Source of the DNA: Felis catus | Taxonomy: Eukaryota | Reading direction: 5' to 3' | Assembly: GCF_018350175.1 (NCBI RefSeq) | Contig: NC_058368.1 | Coordinates: 220,288,001-220,352,000 of the forward strand | DNA: 64,000 bases | Part shown: positions 1-12,479 of the stretch, in pieces | How the letters are laid out: each line of letters starts with the position of its first letter | How positions within the stretch are numbered: position 1 is the first letter of the stretch | Made by a program: the position numbers and the translations under genes | Notes under the pieces: generated by a model | The model's input: only the letters and a program-made list of their open reading frames with translations | Told to the model about the DNA's origin: nothing | The model's database searches: none

Positions 1-609
1 AAAGCAAAGCTCAGAAATAACACCAAAGCCAAATAATTGATGTAGAATGGCAATCTAAGAAGATAATTCATAGAATACATACCTGCATACACACTGGCTT
101 CAGCCCATTATTTGAAAACATTGTCCTTTGTTTTTCTGGCTAACAGAAGTAGGTTAAACAATGGTTAGCCAATTCCTGTGGAGAAATATGTATATTAAGA
201 CAAAAAGAAGAATGAGTAAACCCACAAGTTACTAAAATCAGTAAAAAAATAAATTCCTGTGGATCTTCCTCAAAGTTTACTTGTCTGGCTTTATCTTACA
301 TAAACATTTAGCATCTCTAGTCTTAGACATTTACAAATTAGTTTTGGCACCATTTTGGATACTCATATTATTTTCTAATGATCATCTTTATATAACAAAT
401 TATGCTTTTGTTTTATACAGGGTTTCCACCTTTCATATTCTTTAGTTTATTATTCAAAACGATTCGACTCTCAAACTCTTACTGAAATTAGATATATTTA
501 CTTTTCATATAATAAAGGACATATGCATTATGTATTTTATATTTCATATTTATGTATTAAGTATCCTTGAATTAGGTTTTTCTCCTTTCACTCTCTCAAT
601 GCCAGGTTT

Positions 610-697
610 ATATACATCATATATATATGCATACATGTATATATATGTATATTTATGTATATATATGTGCATGTATGTATACATATGTATATATACA
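610..697. repeat. Compound (TA/TG/CA) microsatellite grown from a SINE tail
   Basis: Degenerate alternating purine-pyrimidine run lying inside the SINE's TSD pair (tcaatgccaggttt 596-609 / tcagtgccagcttt 903-916). Confidence 0.85.
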
Positions 698-902
698 ATG
701 TTTATTTACTTATTTTGAGAGAGACAGAGCACAACTGGGAGAGGGGCAGAGAGAAAGAGAGAGAGGGAGAGAGAGAGTCCTAAGCAGGCTCTGTGCTCTC
801 ACCACAGAGCCCAACACAAGGCTCAATCTTACAGCTGTGAGATCATGACCTGAGCTGGAATTAAGAGTCAATGCTTAAACAACTGAGCCACCCAGGCGTC
901 CC
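698..902 (-). mobile_element. CAN-SINE (SINEC_Fc type)
   Basis: Reverse-complement head ...actgagccacccaggcgtccc, gagatcatgacctgagc core, (GA)n tract and T-rich tail. Confidence 0.95.
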
Positions 903-916
903 TCAGTGCCAGCTTT

Positions 917-1240
917 TGAGGAAACAGCCTCCATAGAAAAAAATGTGACCAACCTGAGAACCCCAGACTGTGAGAAGCTCAAGCCCCTGAACAAGGCATG
1001 GAATAGCAGACACCATGTGGATAGAAAGATCAGTGGATACTCAGTTTCTACCAAGAAAGTGAAGAAGCCGTTTCGGATGAGGAAACTCCAACCCTAACCG
1101 CCTCAGTGATGGCAGGTCAATCGGAGATTAATGGCAAAGCAATCCCTTCCTAAATTTTGCTGTGTGGTGAACAAAATTAAATGGTTGTTTTAATCCCTGT
1201 CTTAGGATGGTTTATTAAGCAGCAACATATAAACGAAACA
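917..1240 (+). mobile_element. MaLR LTR fragment (MLT1F/G/H-like), 3' part
   Basis: Ends in aaatggttgttttaa...gtttattaagcagcaacatataaacgaaaca, typical of an MLT1 3' terminus. Subfamily from recall. Confidence 0.6.
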
Positions 1241-1775
1241 TTCCATGCCTGATATAATGAGCACACACGGAACTCTCTGTCCCAGATTTCACTGTGTTCA
1301 CTTTCTGTTTTACCCAAGGGACTGAAGCCACTTTCTTCCCCAGTGTGTCATCAGAACCTAAGTCCTGGGTCTGTACAAACATCCTGACAAGTCTTGAGCC
1401 TGTAGCAAAAATAAGAAACAAAAGAACACATATTTTGCTCTCTCCTAACACACATATTGGGTATTGACTTAAATGTTTACCCTTTAGGCATTTAAATTAG
1501 AGGCCAATTTATATGGGTGTCGTGTCCAGAAACATGTAAATTCTCCCCTCTCCCTGGACCCAACTTTGGCTGCTCTGGGAACCCTGGCCTTGCTAGAAAC
1601 ATTAAGTGGCTCAGTCTTAAACCCCTTTGTGAGGAAATACTAAGTAAATTGTTGACACGCTGTGCACTCTATGTAAAAGCGTTTAAATGCTTGACTTAAA
1701 TGTTCCAAAGGAACCTCAAATCAATCATGTTCTAAACTAGATAAACCTTGTCTCTAAATCTGCCTACACTTTTCC

Positions 1776-1946
1776 TTTTTTTTTTTCAATATATGAAGTT
1801 TATTGTCAAATTGCATTCCATACAACACCCAGTGCTCATCCCAAAAGGTGCCCTCCTCAATACCCATCACCCACCCTCCCCTCCCTCCCACCCCCCATCA
1901 ACCCTCAGTTTGTTCTCAGTTTTTAAGAGTCTCTTATGCTTTGGCT
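1776..1946 (-). mobile_element. 5'-truncated felid/carnivore L1 3' end
   Basis: Poly-T followed by gtttattgtcaaattg..ccatacaacacccagtgctcatccc..ccctcagtttgttctc, a carnivore L1 3'UTR. TSD ctacacttttcc at 1764-1775 and 1950-1961. Confidence 0.9.
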
Positions 1947-2447
1947 TGTCTACACTTTTCCAATATTTGTCTTATTTACAAGTTAAGTAAACTAGGGCTA
2001 ATTTCTTTCTCTCCTTGTCTTGATAATTCAATAACTATCCACTCTGTCATCAGTTCTTTTCCTCATTATTTCCTCAATGCCTTCTTTCTTCTCCATTCCT
2101 ACTATCACTGACTTCATTCTAGGACACATCTCCTGATATATAAATTATTAAAGTAGATTAATCCCTGATCTTTAGTAATCTATCATTTAACAGATATCTG
2201 CAGCTACATTAGTAAGATAATTTATTTTGTTGTATATAGATTTACAATCCACTAATAATTCTTCCTAACATGGAGAGTTCATTAAAACAAGCAACACATG
2301 CCAAAATAACATCTAAAAATATTATTATTGTTTATGGTAAGACCTACATTCCTTAAAATTATTTACAAGACCTTTTATAATCTTGTCTTGGTGTGTTTTT
2401 TTTATTTTGTTTTATTTTCGTTTTTTCCTTTGAGTATTCTTGTATTC

Positions 2448-2654
2448 AAAATTTTTCAATGTTTTTATTTATTTTTGAGACAGAGACAGAGCATGGGGGG
2501 GGGGGGAGCATAGAGAGTGGGAGACACAAAATCTGAAGTGGGCTCCAGGCTCTGAGCTGTCAGCACAGAGCCGCGGGGCTTGAACTCACTGAGTGTGAGA
2601 TCATGACCTGAGCTGAAGTTGGACGCTCAACCCACTGAGCCACCCAGGCACCCC
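2448..2654 (-). mobile_element. CAN-SINE (SINEC_Fc type)
   Basis: Full SINE body. TSD agtattctt(g/c)tattc at 2433-2447 and 2655-2669. Confidence 0.95.
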
Positions 2655-3380
2655 AGTATTCTTCTATTCTAGTTGTTTGCTCAAATCAAAGGGAGCAGTG
2701 AGTTCTTACTTTTACAAAGTTCACTTATAACTGAGAACTTTAGGGTATCAGCTTTCTCTGGTATGAAATCTCCCTCATGCTCCCCAGTGCCCCATCTTTA
2801 TTTTGTACATTTTCATTGATCAGCCTGCATTTAGAAAGCCTTCTTTGGTTCTCTGCATCTCCACTGAGTGCTCATCCAACATATTACCCGCTGTAAATAA
2901 TCACAATAAAGATAGAAGTGACTGCTTATCTGCTGGTCTGTCTTTATCATCTAGCTTGTGTAATAAATATTTAAATATTTGCTAAATCACACTATAATCA
3001 AATTAATTTACTACCATCTTAATTAATCACATAGTTAATGCTATTCCAATAATCTACTAATCTACTAATTAATCTACTAATACTTGGAAATGCACACTAC
3101 TTGGAAAATGCCTGCCTGCCTTAAATGTGACAATGTTTCTCGCTCTTCTTTCCTTTTCTCTCTTTCTTTCTTCCTTTCTTCTTCTTCTTCTTTTTTTTTA
3201 ATCTCAAAGAATGTTTAAGTCTTTAAGGGATTTGGAAACTTCTATTGTAAAAACTTATTTTACACCTGGAGAAATTAAATCTCTTGCTTAAGGCCACATA
3301 AGCAGTTAAAATCAAATTATCACATTCCAGGAAGATTTTTTCCACTGAATAGCATGACTATTTCTGTTTTAAAAAGCGGG

Positions 3381-3820
3381 TACATTTCATTTGTCTTGCT
3401 GCATAACTAATTACCATGAACTTAACATCTTACAGCAATATATATTTCTATCCCTCAATTTCCACGATCCCCTGCTCAGGATCTCACAGGATAGTATTCA
3501 AGATGTTAGCTGAGTTTGGGTCTCACCCTGGGTTCAGGATCCTCTTGGTTGGCAGAATTTAGTTCCTTGAAGCTGTGGAACTCCTAATGACTCTTCCTTT
3601 AAGGACAAGAGGAGATCAATTCTGTTGCTTCCAGGCTATTCTTTTTCAATGCTCAACTGATTAGGTCAGAGCTAGTTGGGCCCAAAGCACTTTTGATTAA
3701 TTTATCCTTAACTGACTGGGGACTTTAACTGCATATGCAAAAACCCTTTGCCTGATAAGATAACACAATGGTGGGAGTGATAGCTCAGCATATACTCAGG
3801 CTGCTTCCCCACTCAGGAAG
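3381..3820 (-). mobile_element. MaLR LTR (MLT1D/E-like)
   Basis: tgctgcataactaattacca..., ggttggcagaatttagttccttg and aactgattaggtcag motifs of reverse-oriented MLT1. Confidence 0.6.
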
Positions 3821-3834
3821 TTGAATGACTGGCA

Positions 3835-4235
3835 CAGTCCCAGCTGAGGATGAACAGGGTGATATTCTGCCTTCTCGGTTCAGTTTCATACAGAGAGGAC
3901 TTGGCAATGAAGATGGGAGGAAACAAGTGGTGGAGGGCAAGAGGCTCTACTTTGTTAGTTGGGAAGGATTTAAATCACAACTCCGGAAACTATGAGTGAG
4001 AAATCCTCAGGTAAATCACACATCACTTCTGAACTTCATTTTCTCTTTCGCAAAACAAACAGCAATAGGATGAGTTGTTTTGGGGATGTAATATCACAAT
4101 CTGAGTAAGATATGTGCATATATATCTACAGGTTTTTTTCATATATATCCACACACTTTCTCTAGGACATATAGCTTATTATTCCCTAATTCAGTGTTCG
4201 TGAAAATTTTATATAACACCGAGAAACAAGACTAT
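3835..4235. mobile_element. TcMar-Tigger (MER82-like) DNA transposon remnant
   Basis: cagctgaggatgaacagggtgatattctgccttctcggttcag and the terminal ctaattcagtgttcgtgaaaattttata..gagaaacaagact resemble recalled MER82/Tigger sequence. Confidence 0.45.
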
Positions 4236-5517
4236 TGTCAATTGTAAATTGTAAATATTTTTTTACCCAAGCTGTAAAAATACTAGCTTACATTTTTTTC
4301 TAATATTCATTTTGCAACACCGAGAAAATATCAATGTACTATAGCAATGGGTATGTAAGGGGTGGAATTATTCCAATAATTCTGATTTTCTTAAATCATA
4401 TGGAAAAGATTCTGAAAGGAGCTGATAGGACACATAATTCTTTGTGTAGGCAAATGTATGTCTTGTTTGTTTATTAACACATGCCATTGTAATCTTTTGG
4501 AAGGATGGGCACATCACGTTATTAACAAGAATAGTAATTTTTGCAAATACCTTTTTGTAAACAAGGAAAAAATAGTTTCATTCAACTTCCATATATGCCC
4601 AAGAGACAAGTCACTAGACAAATCTCATGGGCCACTTTTAAGGAATTTCCTGAACTAAGAATAAAAATTATTACATATATATTTTTTTTCTTCCACAAAG
4701 CATTCTGTAAGTAGCTCTGGGTGTTTCATATGTGTAAAAAGTTTTAGGGTTAAATCATAATTTAAATATTTTCTCAACATTTGTTACTTCTTCCTTGAAA
4801 ACTCTTCTGTTTTTGCATTAATTTGTCTCTGATAGACGGCATAGAAATTCATTTACCTATCAAACATATCTACCATTTTAGTGGCAAAATACATACATTT
4901 AAATTTATTGTAATTACTTATATATTTTTTATAATTCCTCCATGCTTTGTTTGTTTACAATGGTTAATATTTGCTAATTCATCTTGCTTTTTTTTCTTAA
5001 TGAGTTTTCATATTCTGGTAAATGTTTTTTGACTTTTTTCTGCTTCTGTCAAGTTATAAGTTACATTATACCCATGCTTTTCAAAAAATGCTACTACATA
5101 TTTTAACCCTTATTGTTTTGATCATTTGGTTTGCAGCGTCTTCTTTGGGAAAAGAGGAAGGTGAGCAGAGTACATGTAAAATTATTTGTTGCATTTTCTG
5201 TGCAAATAATTAAATAATACTTACACTTCAAGAAAATATTGAACATATAAAATATGAAAACTTGTAATGACAATGATGATACTAGAGTTACCTTTTTTCT
5301 GGATGACATATTTTAAATTAAAGCAACCCTAGATTTTACAGATGACAAAGATGAAGAGTGTGATTCAGTTTCTTATCACTTCAGTGCCTTTAATAATGGT
5401 CTACAAATATTGATGTCTTCCCAATGAGTTGTATCAGTGTTAACATTCATTTACTTTTAGAGACAGAAAGTTGTTGGAATTTAACATGAAACAGCATTTC
5501 ATCTTTTTAAAAAAAAG

Positions 5518-5728
5518 TTTTTTTAATGTTTATTTATTTCTGAGAGAAGACAGAGTGCTAGCAAGGGGAGGGCAGAGAAAGAGAAGGAGACTGTTTCAGA
5601 ATTTGAAACAGGCTCCAGACTCTGAGCTGTCAGAACAGAGCCTGATGCAGGGCTTGGACTAGGGAATGGCGAGATCATGACCTGAACAGAAGTCGGATGC
5701 TTAACCACCTGAGCCACCCAGGCACCCC
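5518..5728 (-). mobile_element. CAN-SINE
   Basis: T-tail, gagatcatgacctg core and head ...gagccacccaggcacccc. Confidence 0.95.
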
Positions 5729-5795
5729 TGTTATTTCCTCTTATAACACTGTTTTCATTTCTAGTAGCTTATGCAATTATTTCTAATCATTTCTA

Positions 5796-5798
<3 letters not shown>

Positions 5799-5843
<45 letters not shown>
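5799..5843. repeat. (AT)n microsatellite at SINE tail
   Basis: Perfect AT dinucleotide run. Confidence 0.95.
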
Positions 5844-5846
<3 letters not shown>

Positions 5847-5884
5847 CTTTTGAGAGAGAGAGCAAGTAGGGGAAGGACAGAGAA

Positions 5885-5928
<44 letters not shown>

Positions 5929-6051
5929 TCCCAAGCAGGCTCTTCACTGTCAGTGCAGAACTACACATGGAGTTCAAACTCACTGTGAGATCATGACCTG
6001 AGTAGAGATCAAGAGTCAAATGCTTAACCGACTGAGCCACCCAGGCCCCCC
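5844..6051 (-). mobile_element. CAN-SINE
   Basis: (GA)n tract, aatcccaagcaggctc and head ...actgagccacccaggccccc. Confidence 0.95.
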
Positions 6052-6660
6052 GCCCAGATCACTTATTTTATTAACTAAATATTAATATAGTTCAATATAA
6101 TTCATATCAGTAGGATAAAGGTGAGTATTTGGGAACATGGATTGTTGATAATAAAGGGTTGGGAAATGAAAAAATATATCTTTTCAACTTTCTACAGTTA
6201 TTTCAATCCTCATTCTCTGATTCCAGTAACTTCTAATTTGGGGATTTAACTGGGTTAAAATATTGAAAATCAAATATAGTACTGTATAGTTATCTTTAAG
6301 AAAAATCTCATAAGCATGTGAATTCTATAATTTAAAATTTGGAAGATAATTTTAAACTATTTCAAATTCTGTATTTTACTCTTCTTGCCATATTCCGGAA
6401 TCAAAAACTTATAGCCTTTTCTTAGACATCCAGTATTTGAATCTGAAACCATTCTCACATATTTCATTGACAACTCCAGTGTCTCATGTGAAATAATTTG
6501 TTGCTGCAGATTGTTTATACTTAACACTTACAATATGAACCATTTATTATTTGCCTCTTGAAACCTGTAATCTGCGATGGTATTCCCTACGGTAGTGGAA
6601 ATGCAACATGCTGTACTTACTATGACTCATCTCTCAGTGAACTTAAAGACAAAAGAATCC

Positions 6661-6872
6661 AGGGTCACCTGGGTGGCACAGTTGGTTAAGCGTCTGACTC
6701 TTGATTTTGGCTCACTCAGATCATGATCCCAGGATCCTAGGGTCTGGCCCACGTAGGATCTCTCATTATAGGATTCCTTGCTAAGCCCAAGGAGCCTGCT
6801 TGAGATTCTCTCTCCCTCGGCCCGTCTCCCCTGCTCATGCTCTCTCTCTCTCTCTCAAAAATAATTTAAAAA
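6661..6872 (+). mobile_element. CAN-SINE
   Basis: Head gggtcacctgggtggcacagttggttaag. TSD aaagacaaaagaatc at 6645-6659 and 6873-6887. Confidence 0.93.
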
Positions 6873-8460
6873 AAAGACAAAAGAATCTAATTGTTTTAAA
6901 CTTTTGTGTCTAATGTTCTTGTACTACTTAGGTATTCTTTGTCAATGATATGGAGATGAAAAATGTCATTATGTAATATTACGTCATTATACTCTAGAAG
7001 AATATAATAATAGTATTATATTCATATTAATCCTTATTTGCTTTTTCTTAGATACATTCACCTTTCATTGTCCTGCAGAGAAAGGGAATTTTGACTTTTT
7101 CAAAGAGCATCAGCCCATATGCCTTTGCCCATTGGCTTATTCTTAAGGTTCATTCAAGGGGAGTTACAGATCAGAGAGCATAGGTGACAACTACCAGAAT
7201 TTGTCCTCTCATTTCTCTCTTGCCCCCACATACCTATGGGTGGTATAAAATGCTTTGCATTCTTGATAGGTCCTGGCTATTGAAATATCCTTGCTGGTCA
7301 CCTTGATGTTACCAGACTTCCTTGAACAGACCCTTCATTAAATGTTATTCAAATTTCTAGCCAGGTAGGCCTTCAAGTCCTTACCAGCAAACTGATTTAA
7401 TAGATTTAACAGAGTCCCCTGTTACTCCTTCCATCCTCTGTTATCAGGAATAAAATAATCTCCACCAAGTCGTCCTTGATGGCCTTAGATATAAATACTT
7501 ACATTCTGTTTCTTAACGTTACTTTTAATCAAGATATACTTTGCACTTTGAACAGAGTCCAAATCAAATATTCATCTGTGATATGTCAAAAATATTTGAA
7601 AATTAATGTAAGCAAATGATTATCATGCCACTATAAGCAGAGTTTGTATTAAGTGCCTAATTTTGTGCTATGCTGAATATGGAGAATACTCCACAATGAC
7701 TTATATTTCCATAACTTGTTATTCTCTGTTTTCCTGCTCTTTTTTCCCAATAGACACGTGTGATTTCTTATGTGACGATTTCTACAACTGAATAAGTAAC
7801 ATGATTATTTTTTTTAGGCTCTGGGGAAGACAGTACACCTTGCCATGTCATTTGGCATTAGTTTAACCTTAAAACTACAAACCCATCATAAGCCATCCTA
7901 ACATGATGATCAACTGGGTGAATCACCAAGTTTCAAAAGATGCCCTTCAAAATACATGCTGCCAAACACTGAAACGGTGTGAGACCACTGTTACTCTAGA
8001 TAGCGTTTCAAAATGGTATAGAGAGATTGGGTTTAAATTATGAAAAAAAAATTTGTTTACAATAATATGTATGCACTACTGCAATTCCTTTTGAGTTCAT
8101 ATTACTCTCAGCTCAGTACATCTCCAGCTGAATGAAACGTGACTGCACAAGACAGCAATATGGAGATCAGGTTTTTATTAAGATGATGGTGTGCTACTCC
8201 AAAGGTCAACACAAAATTGGATCCTTTCATTCAAAGCGTGAAAAATCTATCCGAACTGCAGAGCAATACTTGATCCTCATCTTCTTCAATACTGCTTCAC
8301 TGTCAGATTGTTTTCCAAGTCAACACGTGGAAGAAGAGATGGCTGTGTTTGAAATTAGACCATCACAGGTGGCAGCACAGGTGGTTGCCTTAACCTTAAT
8401 CTCAGCTATACTTAAGAATGCTCTTCAAATTTTGATTTCTAAAAATGTCTGCATAAGACT

Positions 8461-8918
8461 TTTTAAAAATATGGTAAAAGCACACAACATAAAATTTACT
8501 CTCTTAATCACTTTTTGTTTATTGATTTATTTTGAGAGAGAGAGAGAGCACAAGTTGGGGAGGTGCAGAGAGAGGGAGAGAGAGAATCCCAAGCAGTCTC
8601 CGTCCTCAGTGAGGGCCCTATGCGGAGCTCCATCCCATGAACCATGAGATCATGACCTAAGCCAAAATTTAGAGTCAGACACTTAACTGACTGAACCATC
8701 CGGGCACCCCAGACCATCTTAACCATGTTTAAATGTTAAATACAGTAGTGTTAACTATTATATTTACACTGTTGTTCAACAGATTTCTAGCACTTTTTCA
8801 TCTTGCAAAACCAAGGCTCCACACCTGTAGAACAACTCCCCTTTTTCTTTTCCCAAGCCCCTGGAAACCACAATTACACTTTCTTCAACTATGTGCTTGA
8901 CTACTTTCAACACATTAT
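8461..8918 (-). mobile_element. Old L1 (L1MA/MB-like) 3' end, interrupted by a SINE
   Basis: acataaaatttac..cttaaccat..tacagtagtgttaactat..tttttcatcttgcaaaac..aacaactcccc..ccctggaaaccac, the reverse L1 3' terminus. Confidence 0.8.
8511..8710 (-). mobile_element. CAN-SINE
   Basis: Typical body with head ...ccatccgggcacccc, inserted in L1. Confidence 0.95.
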
Positions 8919-9341
8919 AGCATTAGTCAAGTAGCTAAGAGGTGGAAGCAGCCCAAACGTTCATAGGTGGATAACTACAAAAGGAAAATACGGTGTATAA
9001 ATACAATGAAATATTATTCAGCCTTAAGAAAAAAAAAAGTTGGGCGCCTGGGTGGCTCAGTCGGTTAAGCATCCGACTTCAGCTCACGGTTCCTGGGTTT
9101 GAGCCCCGCATCGGGCTCTGTGCTGACAGCTCAGAGTCTGGAGCCTGCTTCGGATTCTGTGTCTCCCTCTCTCTCTGCCCCTCCCCCCCTTACATAAATA
9201 AACATTTAAAAAAAGAAGAAGAAGAAGAAGAAAAAATGTCATGTCACATGTTATAACAGGGAGGAGCCTTGAGGGCATAATGCTAAGTGAAATAAACCAG
9301 TCAAAAAAAGACAAATATTGTATAATTCCATATGTATGAGA
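8919..9341 (+). mobile_element. Old L1 ORF2-end/3'UTR segment, inverted relative to 8461-8918
   Basis: aagaggtggaagcagcccaa..atacaatgaaatattattcagccttaa..atgctaagtgaaataaaccagtca..gacaaatattgtataattcca. Confidence 0.85.
9042..9236 (+). mobile_element. CAN-SINE with small internal deletion and (GAA)n tail
   Basis: Head gggcgcctgggtggctcagtcggttaag. Lacks the ggtcatgatctc segment seen in other copies. Confidence 0.95.
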
Positions 9342-10969
9342 CATTAAATTTTCACTATTTTTATTGATTTCTAAATTTGTCAATAAACTAAAAGAATGCA
9401 TCTGTTCTTCAAGATTTTTGGTATAATTCAGACACTTAGAATTTATTGAACACCTACTAGATACAAGGAATGTCACTTTTTGGGACAAGAATTCACAGAG
9501 ACAGATGTGATGTTTACTCTGAATTATAACTACACTCATCTGTCAGTTGTCAAAAGATGTGCTTACATTTGTAAGCGCAAAAATTTTGGAAGAGTTGTAT
9601 GTGGATTACACCAGTTAATTAAAATGTTTTAGAAACATGGTATAACCTGTCAAATTCGAATTAGCAAGAAAACCACGGCCTCTAATATGTATCCATATAG
9701 GTGAATGCTTATGCCAGAAATACCGATTTTTACTAAAGAAACAAGCTAATATTAAGACAAGTTGCTTTGATATTATCATGAATTATATAGACAACCCTTC
9801 AAGATGTGCTATGTTAATATTCCTATCCAAAATAAATTTTAAAGAAACTAAGAAGTAACATGACCCTTCCCAGAGAATTTTCTAAAACTAAAGAAATAAG
9901 GCATTTTACTACTAGTTTGATTATTTATATTCTATTTATTTTTATAAGCTGTGCTTCAAATATATAATTTTCTTGCTGAGTAATTAGTTAAAGTGGTAAC
10001 AAGGTACTTCTAATTGGAAAGACCCAAATATTTGGTAGCCTCAGCTTTTTTTATTTTTTTAACAACACAGAAGTGTTGAGTCTCCATAAGGCCCTTAATA
10101 ACTTCAACTACATATATATGTGCGTGTGTGTGTGTGCATGTGTGTGTGTGTGTATGAAAGATCTAAAAGATTCAAATAAAGAAAGATAATTTACCTTCTA
10201 GTAAAGTAGGAAATAATTAGAATACACTGTACATTTACTTTCAGTTTTGCTGTGGTAAACACTTTGCCTATGGAATTTTTAGCCAGATGACAGTTTTTCA
10301 CACTTCTCAGGTAAACAAATGACATGTAGAGAGATATCCAAACATAACTGATCTTTTACCTGTGCCTTTTAATTTCTATTTAGCATTAAGTAAAAAAAAA
10401 AAAAAAACCTTTTCATGTTTTTTACTTGAAAAGTCTCTTCTAAAATGATACAACTGAGCAAAAGCAGCCAATGCCTATGAAACTGGTTCGTTGAACTTTC
10501 CCCTGTGCGGAAGCTATTATAACAAGACATTTCAAGCAAAGCAGACACATGAGATTTTCCTTAGTTCTTAAAATCTTTCATTTTGAACCTATGGATGTAT
10601 TTATCTCTTCAAACACAAACTCCTCCAAGCATGCAGGCACAAAAACACTCATGCAAACATCACCACCCACAAAATTGACACAAACCCCCACACGAAAGCC
10701 AAACAAAGCAAAGCAATTGCTAAAACCACTTTGTCTTCAATATTCTGTCTGCCATTACCTGATTTATCTTGTGACTACCGTATTTCACCCTTTGAGTTCT
10801 AATTTCTCCAATGTTGTTGAGCAAAGTAAGGACAGCCTACATGAATCAGAACCCATTCATGTGTGTAGAATGCCTAGAAAAAAAAAAACACAAAAAACAT
10901 TATATCTACTGAAGGCTGCTATTTTTTCCTAATTGAGACATAAGCATAAAGGTGGAAAGATAGAAAGTT

Positions 10970-11161
10970 GGGACGCTTGTGTGGCTCAGTCAGTTAAGCA
11001 TCCAACTCTTGTTTTTGGCTCAGGTCATGATCTCAAGGTTCATGAGTTCAAGCCCCGCATCTGGCTCCGCACTGACAATGCAGAGCCTGTTTGGAATTCT
11101 CTCTCTCTCTGTCCCTCCTTCTCTCTATTTCCCTCAAAATAAATAAATAAACTTAAAAAAA
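10970..11161 (+). mobile_element. CAN-SINE
   Basis: Head gggacgcttgtgtggctcagtcagttaag, (CT)n tract, aataaa tail. Confidence 0.93.
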
Positions 11162-12095
11162 TACAGTCATTCATGAGTTTTAAACATTTATATCGATAAC
11201 AATCGTATCCATGCCCGTGTACTCAATGTCCCCTCAAAATAATTTATAGAGGCATCATTTATAATTTGCCTAGAAAAGCACCCCCAACTGACAGCCTCCT
11301 CCACCAAAGTACATGCCTCTCATTTACATCAAAGGTATTTTATCTCTACAGATAGACACATGGGTAAGAATTCCTTTTTTTTTCCCTGTTAATGAAATTC
11401 TAACTCTACTGACAATAAATTAAATTTTAGATAGGTCACTGAATAAACAAAGATAAACTCCTTATAATTAGTATTCATTTTGAAATTAAACTGGGAAAAA
11501 AATAAAACAAGTGAGAGGAATAGATAATTGCTTCATTTAATTGAAATTGTCACATTTTAGCACCCTGGTGAGAGCACACAAATACAGCCTTTTCCAGTTT
11601 TCTCAGGAAATGCATCATCCTGCAAAACATATTTCCATCAGAGGAATATTAAATAAAAGAAAGGATGATTAACAGGATTAGAATATTTACTTTGCAAATT
11701 ACTGAAATTATAATAATCTGTAGAACACGTTGCTATGAGGAATGCAGTCATGCAATCAGAATGCTGTGTCGAAATTTTAATTCTTGTCCCTTTAATTTCA
11801 GCACACTTTATGCTGAAAGGCTGGGTATAACATTTCATTTTGGTCAGCACCATCACACCAGGACCCAAGTAAAGAGTAACATTTCTGTAGGGTTTTCATG
11901 TCAATACGGGTCACCTTCTTCAATGTGGCCCATTCTGTGTAGTTCTCAGTGAAGAGAATTTTCAAGTTCAAAGCAATGTTATCCTGCTAAGCCTGGTGCA
12001 ATTTCTGTACCTTTCACAGGTTCTGAGGTATAGTTGCCCTCAATTAAGAGAACTGTAACAGAATTAATATTAAATTAATATTGAAAGTAAAAATT

Positions 12096-12287
12096 GGGGC
12101 GCCTGTGTGGCTCAGTCATTTAAGCATCTGACTCTTGATTTTGGCTCAGGCCATGATCTCACAATTTCATGAGTTCAAGCACCACATTGGGCTCCGTGCT
12201 GACAGTGTGGAGCCTGCTTGAGATTCTCCCTCACTCTCTCTGCCCCATTGCCACCCACACTGTCTCTCAAAATCAATAAACTTAAAA
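12096..12287 (+). mobile_element. CAN-SINE
   Basis: TSD aaagtaaaaatt at 12084-12095 and 12288-12299. Confidence 0.95.
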
Positions 12288-12479
12288 AAAGTAAAAATTA
12301 ATGGAAAAAATTAACTAATATTTATATTTTTATTCCTATAGAAAGTAGTATTAATAATTGCTTATGTAAGTTTGATTCTTATGATGGAATGGGAGTTATT
12401 CCTCAGTATTCTATATCAACTTTCCTTCTAAATTGACAGAAACCTGGATTTTTAGGTGGATCATAAGGGCACCCAGAAT

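Noticed and set aside
4215..4327. 12-bp direct repeat aacaccgagaaa about 100 bp apart
   Set aside because: Only two short copies with no recognisable element between them. It cannot be distinguished from chance or a small local duplication.
8132..8647. Longest ORF in the track (171 aa, plus strand)
   Set aside because: No recognisable protein similarity, and its 3' part runs through an antisense L1 end and an antisense SINE. This fits a chance ORF.
11775..11875. Splice-acceptor-like (tttaatttcag) and donor-like (gtaaag) pair, with similar sites near 420 and 7753-7818
   Set aside because: Such motifs are frequent in AT-rich DNA. There is no recognisable coding content and no transcript evidence is available.
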